The position numbers and the translations under genes were made by a program. Source: Actinomycetota bacterium (GTDB lineage Bacteria; Actinomycetota; Acidimicrobiia; Acidimicrobiales; Ilumatobacteraceae). Taken from it: 64,000 nucleotides of DNA. Position 1 is the first letter of the stretch. Every line of letters starts with the position of its first letter. The notes under the pieces were generated by a model. The model made no database searches. It was not told where the DNA came from and saw nothing but the letters and a program-made list of their open reading frames with translations. The stretch covers positions 47,586 through 111,585 of the forward strand of contig JBEAPO010000127.1 of NCBI GenBank assembly GCA_041164425.1, read 5' to 3'. Positions 8,276 through 17,316 of this stretch are shown here, in pieces.

Positions 8276-9631
8276 TTAGAGCGACCTCAGGTAGCGGTTG
8301 ACCTCGAACGGCGTGACCTGCGTCTTGTAGCCGCGCCATTCGTTGCGCTTGTTGCGCAGGAACCATTCGAAGATGTGTTCGCCGAGAGCATCGTGGACGA
8401 GTTCCGAGCGCTCCATCAGATTCAACGCGTCAGAGAGCGACTGCGGGAGTTGGCCGATACCCAACTTCGTGAGCGCGGTGTCGTCCATCTCGAAGAGGTT
8501 GGCGTCGGCCTCGACCGGAAGTTCGTAGCCCTCGGCGATGCCCTTCATGCCCGCTGCGAGGAGAACCGAGAAAGCGAGGTAGGGGTTCGCGGCAGGGTCG
8601 GGCGAACGGTACTCGATGCGCGTCGCGAGGGGGTTGCCCTTCTTCGGCACCGGAACACGTATGAGACCGCTGCGGTTGTTGCGCGCCCAGGAAATGTGCA
8701 CGGGCGCCTCGAAGCCGGGAACCAAACGCTTGTAGCTGTTGACGGTCTGGTTGGTGACGGCGGTGATCTCGGCGGCGTGGCGCAGAAGACCTGCCATGAA
8801 CGACTTCGCCGTTGTGGAGAGGTTGTACGGGTCGGACTCGTCGTAGAACGCGTTGTCGCTGCCGCGGAAGAGCGAGAGGTGAAGGTGCATGCCCGAGCCT
8901 TGAACTCCCTCGAGAGGTTTGGGCATGAACGTGGCGTGCACGCCGTGCGCTGCGGCGACTTCCTTCACCGCGAGACGGAACGTCATCACGCTGTCGGCCA
9001 TGGTCAACGCGTCGGTGTGGCGAAGGTCGATTTCGTGTTGGCTGGGTGCGTCTTCGTGGAAGCTGTACTCGACGGGAATGCCCATCGTTTCGAGCGTGCG
9101 AATGGTTTCTTTGCGCAACGACGTCGACATGTCGGAAGTGGTGAGGTCGAAGAACCCACCTTCGTCGAGCGGTTGGGGTGTTTCACCCGGCTTGGGTGGT
9201 GCGAAGTAGAAGTACTCGATGTCGGGGGCGACGTAGAACGAGAAGCCCTTTTCGACGGCCGCGTCGAGGTTGCGACGTAGAACCTGTCGCGGGTCACCGT
9301 TGAACGGCGTGACGTCGAGGTTGTGGATGTTGCAAAAGACGCGCGCCTCGGTGCCCTTCGGGTCGGCCCATGGCAACACCTCGAATGTGTTCGGGTCGGG
9401 GATCGCGAGAACGTCGGCTTCCTGCACGCGACTGAACCCTTCGATGGATGACCCGTCGAAGGTCATGCCGTCGATCAGTGCGTTTTCCAGTTCGGCCGGG
9501 CTGATGGCAAAGGACTTCAGGTTGCCGAGGATGTCGGTGAACCACAGCCGCACGAGACGTACGCCGCGCTCCTCGACGGTGCGAAGGACGTAGTCACGCT
9601 GCTGTTCTTGCTGTTCGAGCATCTCGCTCAT
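8276..9631 (-). CDS. glnA: Glutamine synthetase type I (GlnA2-like)
   Basis: Real start is the ATG at 9631 inside track ORF 8276..9919. Sequence: MSEMLEQQEQQRDYVLRTVEERGVRLVRLWFTDILGNLKSFAISPAELENALIDGMTFDGSSIEGF... Confidence 0.9.
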   Translation of the reverse strand: MSEMLEQQEQQRDYVLRTVEERGVRLVRLWFTDILGNLKSFAISPAELENALIDGMTFDGSSIEGFSRVQEADVLAIPDPNTFEVLPWADPKGTEARVFCNIHNLDVTPFNGDPRQVLRRNLDAAVEKGFSFYVAPDIEYFYFAPPKPGETPQPLDEGGFFDLTTSDMSTSLRKETIRTLETMGIPVEYSFHEDAPSQHEIDLRHTDALTMADSVMTFRLAVKEVAAAHGVHATFMPKPLEGVQGSGMHLHLSLFRGSDNAFYDESDPYNLSTTAKSFMAGLLRHAAEITAVTNQTVNSYKRLVPGFEAPVHISWARNNRSGLIRVPVPKKGNPLATRIEYRSPDPAANPYLAFSVLLAAGMKGIAEGYELPVEADANLFEMDDTALTKLGIGQLPQSLSDALNLMERSELVHDALGEHIFEWFLRNKRNEWRGYKTQVTPFEVNRYLRSL

Positions 9632-9669
9632 CTCCCAAGTCTGCCGTTGTTCTTGCCGAATGTGCTCAG

Positions 9670-9703
9670 CCGAAAAGCGAACCGGGGGCCCGAAGGCCCC
9701 CGG
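9670..9703 (-). terminator. Intrinsic terminator candidate after glnII
   Basis: Perfect 9-bp stem CCGGGGGCC (9682-9690) / GGCCCCCGG (9695-9703) with a 4-nt loop. On the minus strand it is followed by TTCGCTTTTCGG. Confidence 0.55.
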
Positions 9704-9740
9704 AACACGTTTTCGGTTGTGGTCTTGCGTGGACGGCGGT

Positions 9741-10751
9741 TCAGGCGCCGCAGACCGTCTCGAGGATGAGACGGGTGACCGTGTACGGGTCGCAGTTGGC
9801 GTTCGGGCGACGGTCTTCCGCGTAGCCCTTGCCGTCGCGGGCCACTGTCCACGGAATGCGGATAGAGGCGCCGCGGTGGGAGACGCCGTAGCTGAATTTG
9901 TTCCACGGCGCAGTCTCATGCTTGCCCGTGAGGCGGCTCTGGATGTCGTGACCGTAGTTCTCGACGTGCTCCATGACGCGGGTGCCGATGGCTTCGCATG
10001 CGGCGGTGATCGCCTTCATGTCCTTGTCCTCGCGCATCGCCTTCGTGGAGAAGTTCGTGTGTGCGCCCGCACCGTTCCAGTCACCCTTCTGGGGTTTGGC
10101 GGCAAGCGAGATGACGACGTCGAAGTCCTCGGCGATGCGGTGGAGCAACCAACGTGCGACGGTGAGGTGGTCGGACACGGTGAGTGCATCGGCGGCGCCG
10201 ATCTGGAACTCCCACTGTCCGGGCATCACTTCGGCGTTGGTTCCCTCGATGAGAAGGCCGGCTTCCATGCAAGCTTCGGTGTGCTCTTCGATGATCTGAC
10301 GACCAACGACGCGACCCGCGCCGACGCCGCAGTAATACGGACCCTGGGGAGCGGGCATGCCGCCACCTACCGGGAAACCAAACGGTGTGCCGTCAACGCG
10401 CATCATCGTGTATTCCTGCTCGATGCCGTAGATCATTTCTGCCGATTTGTACTTCTCGGCAGCTGCGGCGCATGCAGCACGCGTGTTGGTCGGATGCGGC
10501 TCGCCGGTTTGGGCGAGAAGAACTTCACAGAGGACGAGGATGTTCTTGCCACCACGAATCGGGTCGGGGCACGAGAAGACGGGCTTCAGCGCGCAGTCCG
10601 ACTTGTCGCCGGTTGCCTGCTCGGTCGATGAACCGTCGAAGCCCCACATTGGCGGGGTGGTGACGTTGTCCGCGAGGATCTTGGTCTTCGAGCGCAGCAG
10701 CGGCGTTGGCTCGGTGCCGTCAATCCAGATGTATTCCGCCTGATAGGGCAC
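9741..10751 (-). CDS. glnII: Glutamine synthetase type II (eukaryote-like GSII)
   Basis: GTG at 10751 is preceded by AAGGAG, inside the artefactual 821-aa ORF 9741..12206. Sequence: VPYQAEYIWIDGTEPTPLLRSKTK...GIEQEYTMM...GPYYCGVGA...GTNAEVMPGQWEFQIG...KGDWNGAGAHTNFS. Confidence 0.9.
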   Translation of the reverse strand: MPYQAEYIWIDGTEPTPLLRSKTKILADNVTTPPMWGFDGSSTEQATGDKSDCALKPVFSCPDPIRGGKNILVLCEVLLAQTGEPHPTNTRAACAAAAEKYKSAEMIYGIEQEYTMMRVDGTPFGFPVGGGMPAPQGPYYCGVGAGRVVGRQIIEEHTEACMEAGLLIEGTNAEVMPGQWEFQIGAADALTVSDHLTVARWLLHRIAEDFDVVISLAAKPQKGDWNGAGAHTNFSTKAMREDKDMKAITAACEAIGTRVMEHVENYGHDIQSRLTGKHETAPWNKFSYGVSHRGASIRIPWTVARDGKGYAEDRRPNANCDPYTVTRLILETVCGA

Positions 10752-10806
10752 TTGGGTCTCCTTCACAATGAGGGGTTCTGAACGGTGCACATCCTGCCGT
10801 GGGGCA

Positions 10807-10833
10807 GTTTCCCTTCCGTGTCCCGATTGTGAA
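10807..10833 (-). promoter_or_regulatory. Candidate GlnR box upstream of glnII (divergent from nadE)
   Basis: On the minus strand the sequence reads TTCAC-n6-GACAC-n6-GAAAC with an 11-nt period. The plus-strand pentamers GTTTC, GTGTC and GTGAA start at 10807, 10818 and 10829. This resembles the gTnAC-n6-GaAAC GlnR consensus and lies 56-82 nt upstream of the glnII start. Confidence 0.3.
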
Positions 10834-10880
10834 CGCTGTGTAAAGACGCACGGCGACGGACCCGTGGGTAGCCTCTCGCC

Positions 10881-12533
10881 GTGGCGAAACTGCGCCTCGG
10901 ACTGGCCCAAATCAACCCCACAGTGGGAAATCTGGCGGACAACACCGCTGTGATTTCGCGTGCCTACGCCGCCGCTGCTGCCGGGGGCTGTGACGTCGTG
11001 GCCTTCCCCGAACTCGCCATCACGGGGTACCCGCCCGAAGATCTCGTTTTGAAGCCCGGTTTCATCGCCGACAACCGCAGTGCACTCGAGGAACTGGTTG
11101 CCGCGACCCGTGCCACCACGCTCATCGTCGGGTTCGTCGACCATGCCGAGATGGCGGTCAACGGTGTCACCGAACGACTCCTCTTCAACGCCGCGGCCAT
11201 CGCGCGGGATGGTCGGCTGCTCGGCATCTACCGCAAGCAGCTGCTGCCGAACTACAGCGTCTTCGACGAAGAGCGTTACTTCGTACCCGGTCCCGACGAC
11301 CAGTCGATATTCGAGATCGCAGGTCACGGTGTCGCGGTATCTATTTGCGAAGACTTGTGGGCCGAAGGACCGGTTGCGTACCAGGCATCGCAAGGCGCAC
11401 GCGTGATCATCAGCATCAATGGATCGCCCTTTCATCGCGAAAAGCCCGAGGTGCGGCGAGATCTCGTTTCGGCGCGTGCACGCGCGAACGGTGTCGTGCT
11501 GGCCTACGTCAACCAAGTGGGTGGCCAGGACGAACTGGTCTTCGACGGGGGTTCGCTTGTCGCCGACGCGCGCGGTGCGGTCGTCGCGCAGAGTCCCTTC
11601 TTTGCCGATGATTTGTTGGTCGTCGACATCTCCGATGACGGAACCGTCACGACTCTCGAAGGCGGGGCATCGGGTGCACCATCCGACGATCTCGGCCAGG
11701 TCTACGACGCACTGGTGGTGGGAACGCGCGACTACGTGCGCAAGAACGGATTCACCGATGTTGTGCTTGGCCTGTCGGGTGGTATCGATTCGGCGCTGGT
11801 CGCTGCAATCGCAGTCGATGCACTTGGCGCCGAGCACGTACACGGTGTCTCTATGCCGTCGCGCTACTCGAGCGATGGCTCGCGCACCGACGCAGTGAAA
11901 TTGGCGGCGAACCTCGGCATTGATCTGCAGACAATCGAGATCGAACCCGCATTCGCCGCGTATCTCGGAATGCTCGACAACGCGTTCGCGGGCAAGCCCG
12001 CCGACCTCACGGAAGAGAATCTGCAGAGCCGAGTGCGTGGCACCGTCGTCATGGCGTTGTCGAACAAGCACGGCTGGATGGTCCTCACCACGGGAAACAA
12101 GAGTGAGATGGCGGTCGGTTATTTCACGCTGTACGGCGACTCGGTGGGCGGTTACGCGGTCATCAAGGACGTGTTCAAGCTGACCGTTTACGACCTGTGC
12201 CACCACGTCAACCGTCGCGCGGGTCGCGAGGTGATTCCCCGTGAGATCATCGAAAAGCCGCCGTCAGCCGAGCTGCGCCCCGACCAGCGCGACGACCAGT
12301 CGTTGCCGCCGTACGAGATTCTCGACCCGATTCTCGAGATGTACGTCGAAGACGACATGACAGCGGGAGACATCGTTGCTCTGGGTCACGACGAGGCGTT
12401 GGTCCGGCGGATCGCGCGCCTCGTCGACCTGAACGAATACAAGCGGCGTCAGTGTGCGCCGGGTGTGCGCATCAGTACGAAGGCGTTCGGCAAGGACCGG
12501 CGATTGCCGATCACGAACGCGTATCGCGGATGA
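10881..12533 (+). CDS. nadE: Glutamine-dependent NAD+ synthetase
   Basis: 550 aa. The N-terminal CN-hydrolase domain reads LRLGLAQINPTVGNL...FPELAITGYPPEDL. The C-terminal NAD synthase domain carries the P-loop GLSGGIDSALVAAIA. Confidence 0.9.
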   Translation: MAKLRLGLAQINPTVGNLADNTAVISRAYAAAAAGGCDVVAFPELAITGYPPEDLVLKPGFIADNRSALEELVAATRATTLIVGFVDHAEMAVNGVTERLLFNAAAIARDGRLLGIYRKQLLPNYSVFDEERYFVPGPDDQSIFEIAGHGVAVSICEDLWAEGPVAYQASQGARVIISINGSPFHREKPEVRRDLVSARARANGVVLAYVNQVGGQDELVFDGGSLVADARGAVVAQSPFFADDLLVVDISDDGTVTTLEGGASGAPSDDLGQVYDALVVGTRDYVRKNGFTDVVLGLSGGIDSALVAAIAVDALGAEHVHGVSMPSRYSSDGSRTDAVKLAANLGIDLQTIEIEPAFAAYLGMLDNAFAGKPADLTEENLQSRVRGTVVMALSNKHGWMVLTTGNKSEMAVGYFTLYGDSVGGYAVIKDVFKLTVYDLCHHVNRRAGREVIPREIIEKPPSAELRPDQRDDQSLPPYEILDPILEMYVEDDMTAGDIVALGHDEALVRRIARLVDLNEYKRRQCAPGVRISTKAFGKDRRLPITNAYRG

Positions 12534-13698
12534 CCTTCGAGTGACCGAGAATCAGCACTGCGGTTGCGCCTGCAAGCAAGGCTGAACCGACCGCCGCGGG
12601 CTCGACACCGTGGTTGTCGTAGAGACGCGTCGCGACAACCGACACCGCGGCGCGACCGAGGGTGCCCGCCCCGAGCAACAATCCCATACCGCGGCCACGA
12701 CGACCGGGCACCAGCATCGTGCCGATCGGCAGGAGGCTGACGATCGCGAATTCGAAGCCAATGATCACGAGCACCAGGCCGATGAGTGCGGGCGCGAGTC
12801 GGTCGCCGAAGCCGGCGATCACCACCGCAGAGGGCACCATGAGCACCGCGCCGAGAGCGACGCTTCGTTGCTTTCCCCACAGGTCGGTGAATCTGGCACT
12901 CGACGTCGACGAGAGAAGTTCCGCCAGGCCGAGCGAGAAGCCCATTGCAGCAAGACCGGCCTCGGAGAATCCGAACGTGTCCTCGAGGAAGGGACCGAAC
13001 GTTACGAAGATGCACTGGATCGCGCCCATGAGTGTGAAGCACGAGGCGATGGCGAGCCAACTGCCGGGCAGCAACACTCCGTGTTCGCCCGTCTGCGGTT
13101 CGTCGTGGTGGTGCGTCACGTCGTCGTCGACTGGCAGCCGATTGCTCACCACCCACGCCAGTGACACCACACCGATGGCACCAACAAGGTAAGCCCAACG
13201 CCAGTTGGTGGCAGCGGTGATGAGACCAAGCGAACTGACACCCACGAGCATTCCGAAGGCCCACGACATCTCCGTGAAACCGACGACGGCGCTTCGCCTG
13301 TTCCAAGGCACGTGATCCGCGATCCATGCACTGAGTGCCACATCGAAGCCGACCTTCGACGCACCCAAGATGATGAGCGCGAGCGTGAACACCGCAAGGT
13401 TCGGTGCTGCACCCGCGAGGATCGCGCCGAGACCGACACCGGCGAGTGAGACCCTCATCGCCTGTCGCCTCGTCATGCCGTCGACGCGCTGGCCGATCAG
13501 CGGCGAGGCGAGACCGGTGAGTTCCGAAACGGTCAGGGCGATTCCCATCTGCGAGATGGACATGTCGAAGCCGCGGGCGATCGTTGCGAGGAACGGTGGT
13601 GCAAACCTGTACGACGCGTTCGCCGTCGTGCGTGCGACTGTCAACAGGACGACGTGTCTGCGCACGACAGGCGAGAAGGATTCGTCGAATAGCCGCAT
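12511..13698 (-). CDS. MFS transporter
   Basis: 395 aa with roughly 12 predicted hydrophobic segments and an MFS-like loop, PLIGQRVDGMTRRQAM. Converges on and overlaps the nadE 3' end by 23 nt. Confidence 0.8.
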   Translation of the reverse strand: MRLFDESFSPVVRRHVVLLTVARTTANASYRFAPPFLATIARGFDMSISQMGIALTVSELTGLASPLIGQRVDGMTRRQAMRVSLAGVGLGAILAGAAPNLAVFTLALIILGASKVGFDVALSAWIADHVPWNRRSAVVGFTEMSWAFGMLVGVSSLGLITAATNWRWAYLVGAIGVVSLAWVVSNRLPVDDDVTHHHDEPQTGEHGVLLPGSWLAIASCFTLMGAIQCIFVTFGPFLEDTFGFSEAGLAAMGFSLGLAELLSSTSSARFTDLWGKQRSVALGAVLMVPSAVVIAGFGDRLAPALIGLVLVIIGFEFAIVSLLPIGTMLVPGRRGRGMGLLLGAGTLGRAAVSVVATRLYDNHGVEPAAVGSALLAGATAVLILGHSKVIRDTRS

Positions 13699-13700
13699 CG

Positions 13701-14324
13701 TCAGAGCGTGTTGCTGATCGTTGCGTTTCGCAGGACGTTGACGGACTCTTTCGCCGCCACTGTGCCATCAGCCGTAACGGTGAACCAGCACCCTTCGAGG
13801 TTCCGATGGCTGCGCTGATCGGGGTGTCCGAGCACGCGACGCATGACACGTATGACGCCGCTGTGCGTGACAAGAAGTCCGGTGGGTGCGGACGACGAAC
13901 TGCTTGGTTGCGTGCCGATTGGTTGCGTGGCGAGTGACACCAGCGCGGTGCGGACGCGTTCGAAGACGGACTCATCGGCCTCGTAACCCGCGGGTCGCAT
14001 GTCGTTGGCGAGAAAACCGGGGAACTGTTTTTCGATGTCCCGTCGGGTGAGGCCCTGCCACGGTCCGACGTCGACTTCACGAAGACCGGCACGGGCGGGC
14101 AGGAGTGGGATCGACAATTCGTGGGCGATGATGGCAGCCGTGTCGAGCGCACGCGAGAGGTCGCTCGATGCGACCCAGTCGAACCCCTTTAGTTTTCGCG
14201 CCGCCGATTGAGCCTGACGGCGGCCCTCGGGGGTGAGAGGGGAGTCGGCGTGGCCCTGCATTCTGCCCACCGAGTTCCATTCGGACTGGCCGTGGCGCAC
14301 GAGGAGGAACCGAGCGACCGTCAC
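13701..14324 (-). CDS. Histidine phosphatase family protein (phosphoglycerate mutase-like)
   Basis: Contains the RHG motif, FLLVRHGQSEWNSVGRMQGHADSPLTPEGRRQA. GTG at 14324 is preferred over the ATG at 14384 because it places RHG near the N-terminus. Lies 2 nt upstream of the MFS gene. Confidence 0.7.
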   Translation of the reverse strand: MTVARFLLVRHGQSEWNSVGRMQGHADSPLTPEGRRQAQSAARKLKGFDWVASSDLSRALDTAAIIAHELSIPLLPARAGLREVDVGPWQGLTRRDIEKQFPGFLANDMRPAGYEADESVFERVRTALVSLATQPIGTQPSSSSSAPTGLLVTHSGVIRVMRRVLGHPDQRSHRNLEGCWFTVTADGTVAAKESVNVLRNATISNTL

Positions 14325-14398
14325 ATCTTTCAGGTTATGCCGAGTGTTCTGGCTCTGCCGTATGTTCACCCGTGAGGCCGGCAATACCCTTGAAGTTC

Positions 14399-14638
14399 AT
14401 GGCGATCCTGCGACTCTTTGCGTCGGCCCGCGAAGCGGCGGGGCGGAGTTCCGACGTCATCGACGCGTCCACCGTCGGCGAATTGCTCGACGAGGCGTGC
14501 GGTCGGTACGGCGACGCTTTCGCCGCCGTTCTCGCTACCTGTCGCGTGTGGTGCAACGGTGACGAGACCGAGCGCGACGCACCGATTGGCCCGACCGACG
14601 AGGTCGCCGTCCTCCCTCCGGTTTCCGGTGGGTTCTAG
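14399..14638 (+). CDS. MoaD/ThiS-family ubiquitin-like sulfur carrier, C-terminus ...PPVSGGF
   Basis: MAILRLFASAREAAGRSSDVIDASTVGELLDEA...EVAVLPPVSGGF. ATG at 14399 lies inside track ORF 14372..14638. Confidence 0.65.
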   Translation: MAILRLFASAREAAGRSSDVIDASTVGELLDEACGRYGDAFAAVLATCRVWCNGDETERDAPIGPTDEVAVLPPVSGGF

Positions 14639-14698
14639 AGTACGGACATCGCCGCACCAGACGACCCCGCATCCGGCACGGACATCGACCCGTCGTCG

Positions 14699-15160
14699 TT
14701 GTCGCTCGGTGAACTCCGCGCGATGCGTTCGACGTTGCAGGAAGAGGAAGACGTCGTGTCGTTCGTGCGTCGCATCGCACAGGGTCGCCTCGACATCGTG
14801 CGGGAAGAGCGTGCGCGTCGTACTGCTGGATCACACGCAAGCACTGCACCCGCCGAACTGGCCACCGTTTTCGGCCAGCAGCAAGGCGCGGGTTCGGCGA
14901 GGCCTCCGCGCGACACGACAGTGAGCGCCGACCATCCGCGGGTCCTCGAACTCGCCGAGATCTGTGATCGACTCCACTTCGCCGACTTTGCAGACCTCGA
15001 CGACGACGAACTGAGCGCACTCGAAACCGCCTTGTCCGACTTCGAGGGTGGTCGATCAGTCGAACGCAAGGCGCTCTTCGGTCGAATCGACGCGCTCAGT
15101 CGCGAGCTCGTCGAGCGATACAAAAGCGGTGGCGCAACGGTCGACAGCCTCCTCGATTGA
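14699..15160 (+). CDS. RsiG-family protein (putative c-di-GMP-binding anti-sigma factor)
   Basis: Perfect E-x3-S-x2-R-x3-Q-x3-D motif EDVVSFVRRIAQGRLD at nt 14747-14794. A second helix carries a 4/5 copy, EGGRSVERKALFGRID, at nt 15044-15091. TTG start. Confidence 0.55.
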   Translation: MSLGELRAMRSTLQEEEDVVSFVRRIAQGRLDIVREERARRTAGSHASTAPAELATVFGQQQGAGSARPPRDTTVSADHPRVLELAEICDRLHFADFADLDDDELSALETALSDFEGGRSVERKALFGRIDALSRELVERYKSGGATVDSLLD

Positions 15161-15248
15161 CGAGTTTCAGAGAGACTCTCGAAATCCCCGATGTTTCGGG
15201 TATTTCGCCCAAGTAGCCATTCAGCCAATTCGTCACTAGACAGGCGGT

Positions 15249-15605
15249 GTGGACAAGCGTCTCGTCGACCTCGGCGACTTCATCAGGCAACGCCGTGAGG
15301 CCGCCCAGCAGTCGATCCGTGATCTCTCACGGCTTGCCGGCGTGTCGAATCCTTATCTCTCTCAGATCGAACGCGGTCTGCGCAAACCTTCTGCCGAGAT
15401 TCTGCAGCAGATCGCGCGCGCATTGCATGTGTCGGCCGAAACCTTGTACGTCCGCGCCGGCATTCTCGACGGTGACAGTCCGCGCAGTGGTTCATCCGCG
15501 CCGTCGGTAGAAGAGGCGGTGCTCGCCGACCCGCTGCTCTCGGCCGACCAGAAGAATTCGTTGTTGAGCGTCTACCGCACCTATGTGAACCCGGCGGCGA
15601 ACTGA
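15249..15605 (+). CDS. XRE-family helix-turn-helix transcriptional regulator
   Basis: SIRDLSRLAGVSNPYLSQIERGLRKPSAEILQQIARAL is the canonical Cro/C1 HTH. GTG start. The gene lies 1 nt upstream of mshA. Confidence 0.8.
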   Translation: MDKRLVDLGDFIRQRREAAQQSIRDLSRLAGVSNPYLSQIERGLRKPSAEILQQIARALHVSAETLYVRAGILDGDSPRSGSSAPSVEEAVLADPLLSADQKNSLLSVYRTYVNPAAN

Positions 15606-15606
15606 C

Positions 15607-16821
15607 ATGAAGCGCGTCTCGATTCTGTCGATGCATACGTCACCGCTGGCCCAACCGGGCATCGGCGACGGTGGCGGGATGAACGTTTATGTGCGCGAGC
15701 TCGTGTCGGCACTCGCCCACGCCGGCCTCGATTGCACCACGTACACCCGTGCGTGGCGGCCGGGGCTGCCGCAAGTTGTCGGGGTCGAACCGAACCACAG
15801 GGTCGTGCACATCGAGGCGGGTGACTACGACTTGCCCAAGGACGATCTCATGTCAGTCATCGATCCCTTTGCCGACGGTGTGCGCGACCACATTGCTGCC
15901 TCGGGAGGAACCGATGTTCTGCACGGCAACTATTGGTTGTCGGGCATCGCGGGCCACAGGCTGAAGCATGAACTCGACCTGCCCCTGGTAATGACCTTCC
16001 ACACCTTCGCCCGCGTGAAGGCCCAGGGTGGTGACCCCGAACCCGTCTCGCGCGAGAACGCCGAGTCGTCGATCATTGGTTGTACCGATGCGATCTGCGT
16101 GTCGTGCACGGAAGAGGAACGTCAGTTCAGGTCGCTCTATGGCGCGCCGCCGGGGTCGATCGAAATCGTCGCACCCGGTGTCGAGCACGCCTTCTTCGCA
16201 CCCGGCGAGCGGCGCGGGGCCCGCCATGCCCTCCGCCTAGCGAACGACGAGCCGGTGATGCTGTTCGTCGGCCGCATTCAGCCGCTGAAGGGCCTCGACG
16301 TCGCCGTCGAAACGCTGGCTCGCTTGGCCGACCGTCGCGCGCGTCTCCTGGTCGTAGGTGGCGCGAGCGGCAACGAAGGTGAGTCAGAATTCCTGCGAAT
16401 CAGCTCACTCATCGAAGCACATGGCCTCGGTGACCGCGTCGATTTCGTCGAGCCACAGGCGCACCACATTCTCTCCACGTACTACAGGGCAGCAGACGTG
16501 GTCATTGTCCCGTCGCGCAGCGAGAGTTTCGGCCTCGTCGCCCTCGAGGCTGCGGCCTGCGGCGTGCCCGTCGTTGCCAGCGGTGTCGGCGGCCTCATCA
16601 CGATCGTCGACGATGGTGTGACAGGTCACCTCGTTGCCGACCGCAGTCCCGATGTCTTCGCGCACCACGTTGATCGCATTCTCGCCAACCCGATCGAAGC
16701 GGCGGTGATGGGCGCTCGCGCCGCCGAAAAAGCACGTCGCTATACGTGGAACTTTGCCGCCGCGCGACTGCGGCGCGTGTATGCAGATGTGACGTCACGC
16801 GACCGCGTTGTTTGTCGGTAG
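15607..16821 (+). CDS. mshA: D-inositol-3-phosphate glycosyltransferase (GT4, mycothiol biosynthesis)
   Basis: MKRVSILSMHTSPLAQPGIGDGGGMNVYVRELVSALA is highly MshA-like. The GT4 C-terminal segment reads PSRSESFGLVALEAAACGVPVVAS. Confidence 0.85.
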   Translation: MKRVSILSMHTSPLAQPGIGDGGGMNVYVRELVSALAHAGLDCTTYTRAWRPGLPQVVGVEPNHRVVHIEAGDYDLPKDDLMSVIDPFADGVRDHIAASGGTDVLHGNYWLSGIAGHRLKHELDLPLVMTFHTFARVKAQGGDPEPVSRENAESSIIGCTDAICVSCTEEERQFRSLYGAPPGSIEIVAPGVEHAFFAPGERRGARHALRLANDEPVMLFVGRIQPLKGLDVAVETLARLADRRARLLVVGGASGNEGESEFLRISSLIEAHGLGDRVDFVEPQAHHILSTYYRAADVVIVPSRSESFGLVALEAAACGVPVVASGVGGLITIVDDGVTGHLVADRSPDVFAHHVDRILANPIEAAVMGARAAEKARRYTWNFAAARLRRVYADVTSRDRVVCR

Positions 16822-16827
16822 GCGAAC

Positions 16828-17289
16828 ATGAGCGAAATCTGGGCCGATGCCGACCGTGGCATTCTCGCCCGTCAGCTTGATGAGTGGTTGGGCACCTATA
16901 AGGAGAACAACCCGCTCTGTCTCGCCGTCGGCCGTGATCCCGATGACGACATGCATTGGTTCGTGCGTATGAAAGGCGAGGAGAAAGAGTTCACCACGGT
17001 GTGGCTCTCGCTCGGTCAGCGCACATTGCAATACGAGACCTACGTGATGCCGGCACCCGAGGAGAACGCTGCCGAGGTGTACGAGCAGGCCCTGCGTCGC
17101 AGCAACAAGATCGTCGGTGCCGCATTCGCGATCGGTATCGAGGATGCGCTGTTCCTGCGCGGTGAACTGGTGCTGTCGGGAGTCACCGAACCCGAACTCG
17201 ACCGTGTGCTCGGAACGCTGTACGCCACGGTCGAACGGCATTTCCCCGTTCTCATTCGGATCGGCTTCGCCAGCCGTTTCACGGCGTAA
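16828..17289 (+). CDS. YbjN-domain protein
   Basis: 153 aa. The position directly after mshA mirrors the mycobacterial mshA neighbourhood as I recall it. The family call is tentative. Confidence 0.6.
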   Translation: MSEIWADADRGILARQLDEWLGTYKENNPLCLAVGRDPDDDMHWFVRMKGEEKEFTTVWLSLGQRTLQYETYVMPAPEENAAEVYEQALRRSNKIVGAAFAIGIEDALFLRGELVLSGVTEPELDRVLGTLYATVERHFPVLIRIGFASRFTA

Positions 17290-17316
17290 ACGCACGATCG
17301 CAACTAGCCTGCGCTC

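Noticed and set aside
10758-10768. TTCACAA half-site resembling a Rex operator next to the glnII start.
   Set aside because: The partner half-site is absent: the upstream 7-mer is CTTGGGT rather than TTGTGAA. The sequence is simply adjacent to the glnII Shine-Dalgarno region.
9741-12206. 821-aa ORF on the minus strand.
   Set aside because: Only the C-terminal 336 codons (9741-10751) are GSII, with their own AAGGAG-GTG start. The remainder is the open antisense frame of nadE, with low-complexity Arg/Val/Asp-rich composition typical of high-GC antisense frames.
12449-14152. 567-aa minus-strand ORF spanning the MFS and phosphatase genes in another frame.
   Set aside because: It is out of frame with two well-supported genes on the same strand. 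Its composition is Arg/Pro/Ser-rich junk.
15161-15248. Small hairpins (GAGAG-A-CTCTC and CCCGA-TGTT-TCGGG) after the RsiG-like gene, considered as terminators.
   Set aside because: The stems are 5 bp or shorter and the U-tracts are weak, which is not convincing.
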